Under the pieces are notes generated by a model. The model did not search any database, had not been told where the DNA came from, and saw nothing but the letters and a program-made list of their open reading frames with translations. A DNA stretch of 64,000 nucleotides, taken from Phoronis australis (taxonomy: Eukaryota > Animalia > Phoronida). The stretch lies in contig NMRA01000256.1 of assembly GCA_002633005.1 (NCBI GenBank), positions 176,068 through 240,067 of the forward strand. Reading direction: 5' to 3'. A program made the position numbers and the translations under genes. Positions 39,401 to 49,130 of the stretch are shown in pieces (position 1 is the stretch's first letter; the number at the start of each line of letters is the position of its first letter).

Positions 39401-42400
39401 TATTAGGTGAGACCGCTCGCTTTCGTCTTATATTTCTTGTCTGTGGTGTGGTAGACATGCCTAACGCAATATAAAATTATATACTTTTCATAAGTTTCAA
39501 AAAATAATTTAAACATGTAACGGTTCTTTGTCAGCAGCTGTAAATAAACGTGATTCAAATGCAACACTTTTGGAGACGGGGAAAAGCATTGTATTACACT
39601 GTTTTAACAAAAGATCTCCAGGTTGTTTCAGAGCACAAGTGGGGTGTTTTCGATAAAAAAAATCTTACCGTCCGGCTTTATGTATCCGGCTAGAGTAAAT
39701 GTTTGATTATCAGAGATCCATGCGTCAGATTTTAATAAATCCCTCTTGTGCCAGGTCTGCACTCCGTCGATGGATACCGTTACGTCTGGAAAACTGAACT
39801 GTAATTGGGAGAATGTTGTAGCATGAAAATGGAGAACAACAAACAATTTTATAGCTTTTTAAATTTCAGTTTTTAAACAGGAACAACGCAGGAACTTTGA
39901 AATGCGCCCACGCCAGCATTGCAAACGGTGTGGTTCTTGGGATGTTTACTTGTACCATAAAAATGGATGGCTCAGAATACCCTGAACTCATCCGAAAATG
40001 GTAAGGTGTCGTCATCTCTACCTGCTTTCAAGTTAAAAGGAATACAATTGCAAGGTTTCAAAAACATCTTGGAAGAGGTTTAGGAGATACAGCCATAGAT
40101 GCGAAAAATGTCACTACGGGGCACCACAGTAGTTGTAACCGCTTGCTTGAAAATCTACGTCAGTCATGCTGTTGTCATTAGGAACACATCTACCAATTTT
40201 CATGATAATCTGCACGGTTTGGCAGATACAGAAGAAAATGACAAAAACAGATTAATAATAATTAAATGGTCACTAGATGGCGCAAAATCCGAAAACAGGA
40301 ACATGTCATCGGTTCTTTAACAGAAAGCAATTTACCTAATTTCATAAAAATCTATCAAGGAGCTCCAGAGAATGAGAGTAAAACGAAAAAAATGAAATTG
40401 CCACTAGGGGGTACACCATTCGTCGGATCCGTTTGAAAACCGTTGTCAACTTCATATAAATATACTTGCTAAATTCAATAAAGATCCTCTAGAGGGTTTA
40501 GGATATACAGTCATGGGCGTAATAACTGCCCTGGAGAGACGCCACGGAACTCAAAGTCTTCGGAAAATCATCGTCAGCCGCCCTCTTCACAGTAGGAACA
40601 TATACTGTACGTCAAATTTTACTATCATCCTTAGAGTGCTTAGGCTATTAGAGGAGCAGACGCTAAAAACAGACTAGAAAACAGTAAAAATTGTCCCTAG
40701 GTGTAGCAATGAATCCATCCAAAAACGGGAGGATAGCGTCACCTTCTTAATAAATACACATCTGCCAAATTACATGAAATTTCGCTGAGGACATTTGAAG
40801 ATACCGAGCTAAACGTAAAAAATAAAAATCGCCACAAGGGGCACAACAGTAGCCCGATTCGTCCGAAAGTCATCATCATTCGTAGACAACTTCACCTAAA
40901 TACACTTGCTGAATTTAATAAAGATTCTACAGACGTTTAGGATCGAGATACAGACATGGGTGCAAAAACAAACAAAGCTGATACCAGTAGGCGTCACAGT
41001 AGTCAAAGTCGTCGGAAAATCATCATTAGCTGCCCTCAGGACAGTAAGAACATATATACCAATTTTCACAATCATCCTTAGAGTGGATTGATTGATAGAG
41101 GGGCGGACGCCAAAAACAGTAAAAACTGCCATTAGGTGACATGACATACCTCAAATCCACCTGAAAATGGAAGGATAACATCATCTCACAAACAGATGCC
41201 TAGCTGTCAAATTTATGAAAATCCATTAAGGACCTCCGAAAAAACAGAGGTAAACGTAAAAAATTAAAATTGCCACTAGGGAGCACACCGGTTGTCGGAT
41301 CGGTCAGAAAGTTCGCTCATGAAGTTCTATCTAAGAACAGAACATATCTGCAAAATTTCAGTAACATGCATTGAAGGGTTTTGGAGATAGAGTACCGGAC
41401 GACGGACGTCCAACGGACGCCAGACCGACACCGGAAGGACGCCGGCCGGACGCCGGACCGACACCGGACGGACGTCGGACCAACGCCGGATTGACGGAGA
41501 TGACGGCATAATGCGCTCACATATAAGTATAGCTGCACCAAAAAATGCTAGTACATTGTTAGTCATCATCTCATATTCGATGTTGCTTTGGTACAGATGA
41601 ACTATGTGCCCAGTCGTATTCATTACCACTTTCTCACCATTCGGCAACTTTATCGCCAGTGAGCATCCCCATTCACCACACCTGCAAAGACCGTACAAAA
41701 ATGAAACAGGCGATACAATGGTAGTCATATATGTTCAAAAGTCTGTTGTCACGTTCACAAAAATGCACAGGCCAACTTTCACAGCTGCGGATGCTACAAA
41801 ACCAAACTGCCACTAGGGGGCGCCGCAACAGTCAAACTGTCTAAAAATTGCAAACCATGCTCTTCCCAGTATGAACACATTTACCAAGAAAACAAAATTG
41901 CCACTAGGAAGCGCTATAGTAGTTGGTGTTGTCAAAAATCGTCGTCAGCCGTCCTCTGCCCAGTAAGAGCATATATGTCAATTTTCATAACCGGCAGACA
42001 GAGGCGCGGCCGCCAAAACAGACTCAAAAATAATAAAAACGGTTACTAGGCGGCGTGCACTACGTCAAATCCATCTGAAAACGGAAGATGCCATCACCTC
42101 TTTAATAGAAATCTATTTGGCAAATTTCATAAGAGTCCGTCAAGTTACTCCAAAAATACAGAGGAAAACGGGAAAATAAATTTGCCACTAGGGGGCACAG
42201 CGGTCGTTGGATCCGTCCAAAAGACATCGTCACCAATTGTCACCTTTATGTAAAACCACTTGCCAAATATAACAAAGTTCTTGCCGAGGGTTTAGGAGAT
42301 ACAGCTATGAATGCAAAAAAACTGCCACTGGGAAGAGACGCTGTAGTCGGAACTATCCGAAAAACATCGACAGCCGTCTTCTGTCAAGTAAAAAAATGTA

Positions 42401-45400
42401 TGCCAATTTTCATGATTACCTTTACAGTGGTTTGGCGTCTAGAGGGTATCACGGGAAAACAGTAAAAATGGCCAATGTGTGGCTCAAAATACGTCGAATC
42501 CATTACAAAACGTAAAGTTGGCGTCATTTTCGTAATAGCTACCTAACTAATTACCAAATTTCATGAAAATCCCTCAAGGAACACCGAAGATAACAGAGGC
42601 CACCGTGATTCAAAGAGCATCTGAAACTAGACAAACCAACAGCCGTAGGGGGAACATATTTTGGCGACTGGGCATTCCATCTCTCTTGCGTCATCCAGGA
42701 TCCTAGCCAGGGAACAAAATTGGCATACTCGTAAGCTCAAAGAGGCCATAAACATCACCAGTCAACGCCCTCTCTTGAACCGGGACCGAGGANTTACCCC
42801 CCCCCCCCCCTGTACTACAGCATTCTTAAAGGCGGGAAATCCCTCATTCATCGATAAAGACCTGGCGGACCAGGTTGAAACGTCTGAAAACAACATACCT
42901 CGTCTTTAAGTAAGTGACCTTCTTATGTACTACAATGCCTCTAGAGACCAATGACGAACCTATTCTCCAGGACCGAACTTATCACAACCGAGGTAAAACA
43001 TTGATTGACTCGACAGCTCACACAAATTATATGAATAGAAAAGGCGCGTAACTCTTGACTCCAAAAACGTCCCTTCCGGAGTATAGCACGAGTAATTAAT
43101 TGCATTACGAGAAGCCGAAATTAATTGAAAAGTATGTCTGGGATAATCAACTAACCTTATTTTTACTGAAAATGACATGAAAAGAGGTTGCCTTCACCTT
43201 TAAATTCCACATTCAAACTTTCTACTTCAATACGTTTATTGGGCTAAATTCTTAAAGGAGCATGCCACCCAAAAACAATCTAATTTGTATCAATTTAGAT
43301 CGAGTAGTTCTACTCCATAACGACACGTACGGAGGCAAACGGAGGTGTTGAAATTATCCAATGACGTCATCGGTTTCACACGCAGTCTGTTCAGCAGTTC
43401 ACAACACGGGTTACTGGTGTCAGCTTATCGCTTGAAGACATCGTTTAACACCAATAAATCATCAAACTTCGATGTAAAATCCTTAAAAATACACCGAGTT
43501 CTTATAAAAACGTGTCGTTTTATTTCGCTCTTACGGATTTATTGGTACTTGGACACACCGTAGCTTACAAAGTTCGGCAGGCCAATAAGGTCCGTAGCAG
43601 GAGTTTGGGGTCTGTTCGGAGATAATTTCGAAGTATTTTCCGTAAGATACAGACAGGAGAACCTAGATCTGTGTTGTTTAGACTTGTGATTTTTGGAGTT
43701 CTAAACACAAAACGCTTGTTATCCTGGCCAGTGGCTCCGAGCTCGATCAGGCCCGTCATGGCCGGCCGGATTGACTCCGAGTCGTTATCCCGGCCAGTGG
43801 CTCGGAAACTGATCAGACATCACGAACATAAACCAGCCAAAGTTCAGTGGAAACTAAACTTCCAGTCAATAAAATACTATACTAGTGAGCCAAAGTAATA
43901 TGCACCTGATTATGTTGGTGAATTAGCCACGAAACTGCAAATCTACTTACTCGTCGGGGCCGCGAATTCAGGTTCCGCTTTGGCCACAGCACCGTCAGGG
44001 CAGAAGTTGTACATTGACAATCATTATTTGAGTAATGTAAATGTAAATAAAGATTCCCCTAACACCTGGCCGTGAGATGGAAATCGAGTTGTTTCACAAC
44101 AGTTTCTGCCAGCAAACACTAAATTAGCATGAGCTCAGACGGCCTCGGTGTCTCGTCAATTAGTTTTATTGCACCTAAACCCGGTAACGCCGTGATTTAT
44201 TCATTGCTGGCTTCTCAAATCATTTGCACTCACGAACACTCCAAAGGTATTACAAATTGCATCTAATGAGACAGACTTTGTTTCAGTTTTATATAAGTAT
44301 TGGTTAGGGTGAGAATAATTCATTTTGAAACAGAACGCTCATTAATAAACGCCAACATGGCAACTCGCAATCCCGACTTAGGACGAGCTAGAGCTCATCA
44401 GTCCCGACTTCACAGGTGGATCGTTAAGTTTTACAGGTTATCAATTCGAACAGGAATACAGTGATGAAGAAATACTAAAGAGGCGCCGTGAACAAGCTCA
44501 GACAACGGAACGTATGGAGTTTTCTGGTAAGCCGGCATTCGTCAGGCACTGTTGACGTCTGCAGGCCACAGACACGGAGATGTTTCACGGCCTCATACTT
44601 GCTATTTACAGCGTACATTTCATTCTTCACTATCATGAGTCACTTCCTAAGCATTTCGGACTCTCGAGGAAGTAAAAAAGCGATATACCCGCTTTCCTCG
44701 CAGCTGCTTAGTTCGGACAAGCCGGAACGATGCACCGCAACATAGCGGCATTCACTCTGCATATGAACCACTGACGTCGCTAGCGTCGTTTCTCACTCGT
44801 TCCTCGCAGGTTAACGCGACACCTCTTGGCAAGGCAAGGTCGACCGTACACGAGGCGAAATGGATATAGACCGATTAAGACGGCAAAAAATAGGTAAATC
44901 GGGTGGCATTCTCCTTTAAGTTTTAAAAATAGGCTACTCGTCGAAACGCACAGACTTGGCAATATGTTTTGCTCAAAATCACTACCTAAATTGTAAATTA
45001 TAAACTCATTTACATTATGCAAAATAATAACAACGCTTCCATGCAATCACAGACAATGAAAATGGCCCTCCGAATGATTATTCAGTGGTTCACCCACAAA
45101 AGTGGTGTCAAAATTCTCCACTTTTGAAGGGGCTAGCTAGCGCGTGCAAACTTAGGCCTCTTTTATTCATTTTTCTTGGGCTCTCTCAGATTGATGTTTG
45201 AAATTAATTAAGATAATTTAGTCCTCATTTCAGGGTTTCGTATTTAGATAGTTGAATGCTAAAATTCCGTAACGAATGTACCTTTCATGTGTCACGTACC
45301 CGCGATCTGATTTTGTCAAGCCGAAATCGTATAGTTCAAACTTCAATAAGTAGTGTTAGCGGTGATGTATCTTTCGGTGAAGCATAGAACTCTAGCCAGG

Positions 45401-47469
45401 ACTGGAGTTCTACAGTTGAAGCAAATAATCACCTTCATCTAGCCCATGTAGAATTAGGAATGCATGCTCGACGTAAACGAATTCTGCCACCTTAAACAAT
45501 GGTTTCTACATGTGGCACTGCCTGAGGCACTGTCGTTCCAAGTCGTCAACTGCAAACCACGATAAAATTGTAACCTCAGGACTGTCATCGGAAATGAGAG
45601 GGTCTCGGAAATATACTTGCTAGAGCTGAAAGTTGGATTATTATTCCGTGTGCTGTGTGTGTAGAGATGACAACATCAGATAAACATCGCCCTGATTATT
45701 TCCAAACGTTTTCGTAACCCCAACGTCACGGGCTCGTACATCAAGATAATTTTAAGAAAGGTATTAACCTGTCCATTTGAAAAGATTAAGTGTGCGTATC
45801 TTATGTTCGAAAAGAGGCTCTAACAATCAACGAAGCAGGATATGTACGTCTGCTTTCTTCGTACAAAAATAATTGCCAAAATTTACTTTTGTTTTATTCA
45901 AAGGTTTTTTATCTTGCTGCAAATCATAGCCAGTTACTGAAATATTGTTTTATGACGTCCGATGTAGGTTGCATAAAAGCTATACCTTGAATATGATTAA
46001 TGGCGTGTCATGATACCATTATTGAGCAATGTACTGGACGTCATGCAAAAATCGAAGTTATCCAGCTGATAAGTTATAAAGTTTCATGTAACCCAACCTT
46101 GCATAGTACAGAACAAGCTAATGATAAACTACGGTAAATTTTTCTTAATCTTTATCTTTGATGAGAATTTTGACAACGTGAAATTTCACCTGTCCGACAT
46201 ACCGTACGCAATTACTTTTTACCTGGAGTGTGACGTGAGTCCACCGTCCAAGAACGATCGTCCACAGCATGTCGGTCAGGGTAAATGTTGGATCCTTGAC
46301 CGAACGCTGCTGCAGAAGTAGTGTGTCGTTGAGAAGTGAACACTGCATCACCCAAGAGTTCGTTTGGACTGTGAATACGTGGCTGAAAATGTTAAAAGTT
46401 GTACGAGTGGTACAAGCCATTGCCCCGATCACCTTTCAAGTTTATAAAACGTTTGAAATTACAATCCTGACTCGTGTTCGCTATGAAACGCAATTTTAGA
46501 TTGAGATTGGTTTCAACAACGTTGGTTTACACAGAATGTGATGAAATTAAATTAATAAAAACACAACCGAACATGACGCATATCACTACCGTACTAGTGC
46601 TGCAGATAAAAAGCGATTCTATTGAAACTTCAGCAGGGATAGATGCAAGAAACTCAACGAAAAGCAAAATCACTCATGATCACTCATAATGACGTGAGTG
46701 AAAGGTATCGTGCAATGATGACAGGCACTAAAATAATTGGTTAGTAAGGTTGCAATGTTGAATTATGGGATATAATTTAGTATTTCCGTTCCATAAGCGA
46801 AGAATTCTCACCGCAAGAGCTTCACGAGTATCATGAGTCTACGGAAGGGTACGCACCCCAAAACACGAATTGCAAATGCCAATCAATGCTCGAGTTTTCT
46901 GCTATTATTTATCATGGAGCTTTCCCGTTGTTTTTCAAAACCGCCTCAAAGCAGAAAACGCAAGCCGTGTTTTGTGTAACAGATTAGTAGCCTACTGTGT
47001 TTTTCAGGTCTTCATTTGAAGAATAAATTAAGTATGCATACCGTGTAATATTGTCTGTGATATTGTGTTTTATCCAAAAGGTCGCCGTCGACTGTTGTCC
47101 GATAATAGAATGATTCATTTTAATAGGCTTTTCTACGCAACGCGTTATTCCGCTGTAGTAAAGTGCCTGTCCTGTGCTCCTGCTTCTCACAGTCGCCCCA
47201 CAGCTCCACTTTGACGAAGTAAGTACGTCGATGTATTTCGGTGTAGACGTTCTTGTTGTACACACCTTGGGGCTGCAGTTTAGTTTCCTTTGTTGGCTCA
47301 AGATGACTTCTCCAGAACAGGAGACAGAAGCGCCGTCTGGATTCTCGTTTACAACCACCGGCTTACCGAGAGCCACGTTGAATTCTCGAGGATACCACAG
47401 ACCGGACGCGGAACCATCTCGGATGCCGCAACATGACCACACCAGGAAGAGGGCAGCGTAGTACCACAT
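18459..47469 (-). CDS. MET/RON-like receptor tyrosine kinase with usherin-like ectodomain (signal peptide, LamG-like, LamNT, laminin-EGF x1.5, IPT x3, TM, kinase), 20 coding exons, about 1254 aa
   Basis: Phase-consistent GT-AG exons: 47042-47469, 46223-46382, 39669-39798, 38268-38413, 35815-35988, 35515-35687, 35042-35197, 33256-33523, 31511-31641, 30690-30863, 29923-30028 (donor uncertain), 29236-29535, 28223-28396, 26253-26499 (TM), 23269-23466, 22363-22544, 21497-21606, 20126-20288, 19267-19403, 18459-18666. Sum 3765 nt. Kinase motifs [63 protein letters not shown] are MET-type. IPT motif [11 protein letters not shown] possible extra 5' coding exon lies at 49863-49873. Confidence 0.88.
24770..25222 (+). 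mobile_element. Diverged copy of the HINE-like repeat family
   Basis: GTCACTTGGGAG and GTCACTAGGGAG subunits, GGTTTAGGAGATAC, GGACG tract and terminal hairpin-like end. Confidence 0.4.
27800..28160. repeat. About 101-bp tandem repeat, about 4 copies, with an inverted copy near 27075-27140
   Basis: TGACAGGCTTGGAATTCCATA or close variants recur at about 27836, 27938, 28039 and 28141. Confidence 0.8.
30201..30280. other. Assembly gap (80 N) between poly-A and poly-G runs inside an RTK intron
   Basis: Run of N characters. Confidence 0.99.
30310..30378. mobile_element. Small palindromic MITE-like repeat
   Basis: CCATGGGCGGTG...CACCGCCCATGG inverted ends; partial second copy to about 30435. Confidence 0.5.
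31819..33115 (+). mobile_element. Kolobok-like non-autonomous DNA transposon with about 310-bp TIRs and a frameshifted THAP domain
   Basis: TTAA flanks, AG...CT termini, long inverted repeats 31819-32125 / 32813-33115. THAP remnant [10 protein letters not shown] // [15 protein letters not shown]...EHF...RLKKGSITS. Confidence 0.8.
37108..38074 (-). mobile_element. Kolobok-like element with frameshifted THAP domain
   Basis: TTAA at 37104 and 38075; ends ACAGTACACACCATG / CATGTTGTGTACACT; subterminal inverted CATGGGTTGAAC. THAP remnant RCVSGGCSN // [14 protein letters not shown]...[11 protein letters not shown]. Confidence 0.75.
39960..42595 (+). mobile_element. Two adjacent HINE-like arrays (about 39960-41543 and 41690-42595) with about 430-bp higher-order periodicity
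   Basis: About 15 subunits, each with a GCCACTAGRGGGC-like core; (GGAC/CCGG) tract at 41395-41500; same family as 15-16.3 kb and 62 kb. Confidence 0.65.
42600..42900 (+). mobile_element. Penelope-like element 3' fragment (GIY-YIG endonuclease C-terminus)
   Basis: [11 protein letters not shown]...[19 protein letters not shown]...LNRDRG matches the PLE endonuclease tail; followed by a hammerhead-like fold. Confidence 0.75.
42847..42888 (+). ncRNA. Degenerate minimal type I hammerhead ribozyme associated with the Penelope fragment
   Basis: P1 TTCA/TGAA, core TCGATAAAG (consensus CTGANGA), P2 ACCTGG-CGGA-CCAGGT, GAAA, CG, TC cleavage site. Confidence 0.5.
42971..43199. mobile_element. Solo right end of the Kolobok-like family seen at 31819-33115
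   Basis: GACCGAACTTATCACAACCGAGGTA...GTCTGGGATAATCAAC...GGTTGCCTTCACCT|TTAA matches 32887-33115. Confidence 0.75.
43256..44915 (-). mobile_element. Kolobok-like non-autonomous element with THAP remnant
   Basis: TTAA|AGGAGCATGCCACCC ... GGGTGGCATTCTCCT|TTAA. Minus-strand remnant from ATG 44743: [11 protein letters not shown]...ISLFYF // PRESEMLRK*...LRVC. Confidence 0.75.
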
Positions 47470-49035
47470 GACGAATTTACGTCTATACTTGCAACAATGG
47501 TAGTTACAGCTGTAAAATAAATATGGTTATCACTTAAGTAAATACTTGAAACGGCATGTTGATAAAACTCAATGAGGTTAAGACGCAAATATAGGCCTAT
47601 CAGGGTGTGCGCGTGCATTGAAACAGATGTTACATAGCTTTATAGAATCAGTTTAGAGATCATTATCGTTTTACGGCCAAAACGCATTTTGCGAGTTTTG
47701 TTGGGTGAGGCAGACTGATTAATAAAAGTTATTATCAGCTTTGGATCGACCAGAGCTACAAAACCATAAAACCCGACATTTATTGAAACCAAGGCCAGTT
47801 TATTTGCCAATGATATATGCTAAATCCCGTTTATTGAGTGAGATTTTGCTTAGTCAGAAGGGCGTTTGGTTGCTACAAGCGAAGGTTCCGGTTTCGAATG
47901 TGCACTAGCGGTGTTCTCAGAAAACCACATTCCGCCGATAACGCCACATTATCAATGTCCTCTTTCGTTGCTTGATAGATTGAATATTATATCGATGACA
48001 ATTTGATTGCAGCCAACACACCGTTTCATTTATCGCAGGTCCTTTGATTTTGTTCTGTACAGTATACGGTATCTGATGCCCGCACACTACTCGAACTAAA
48101 TGCTGGGGGTGTTCTTCCTCAGTTATAACCAACGGGAAGTTAGGCAGGGTGATGAGATATCAATCCTTGAAATAGGACCTTTTTAGAATCTCCTTTAAGG
48201 AAAACGTCTCGTAATGCATCTAGCCTCATATAGCTATTAAATAAATCCCTCGGAGGAGTTATTTTGAAAAATGTCACCGTTTGATTGAACTGTCTAGGTC
48301 ATAAGAATTAAAAAAGGTGCTTCATTCTGGTTAACGATGCATGTTAAATAATTGCTATCTTTTTAATTGCAGCCAACTAACATTGTTGTATCACGACATA
48401 TCACAGGTTACAGTAAAACGCCTGGAATAAACCTTGTGACACTTTTGCGGCTGAATCTAACTTGCCGGGTCATATTTGAAGCAAAAACTAACCTGGTACA
48501 CTCAAGCTTTGAAATCAGTTGCGAATTGGGATGGGAACGAAATGGGTACTGCACCGACAATACCCAAGTTGTTTTTGTCTAAAGACACGGGTTTAATGCA
48601 CCTCTCCTAACTTAAAAGCGTTCAATGATCTAAATGTTACTCTAATTATGTAGATATTTCAATGTCTAAAGTAATAAAAAATGAAACTAGTGATAGGTCT
48701 ATATATGTAAGAGTAGAAATTCCGTTGTTTGTGGGTTTAAACTTGACGAAAGAAAACCGATAAGCTCAAATTCTGCTTGTCGTCATCTCCCAGTCTGCTC
48801 GAACCGAAGTTTTGTATGAACCCGCTTAAGTGACGGGGCCTGGGTTTGCTCACCTTCGTCATTCCCACGATGGCGCGGTCTTTGGGAGGAAGGCTTACGA
48901 CATAATTCAGGGTGTTCCAAAGTTCACGTATTGATGCTCACAATGACCTTGTTTGTGTGTGTGTGCGTACCGTAAATGAAATTAGAGCATTGTGGAGGCC
49001 GGCTGTCTGCTCCTAAACGTTTCGGAATGAATGGA

Positions 49036-49130
49036 GATACATACGTACATGCATGCAGGCATACATACACACATGCATGCATGCATATATACATACATGC
49101 ATACATACACACATACGTACATATATACAT
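49036..49130. repeat. (TACA/TGCA)n compound microsatellite
   Basis: Direct reading: ATACATACGTACATGCATGCAGGCATACATAC... Confidence 0.85.

Noticed and set aside
33256-47469. Independent USH2A, netrin or laminin gene separate from the kinase
   Set aside because: There are no further LE/FN3 exons and no evident terminal exon, the IPT-kinase half has no signal peptide or Sema exons of its own, and the phases join cleanly. Kept only as the refuting hypothesis.
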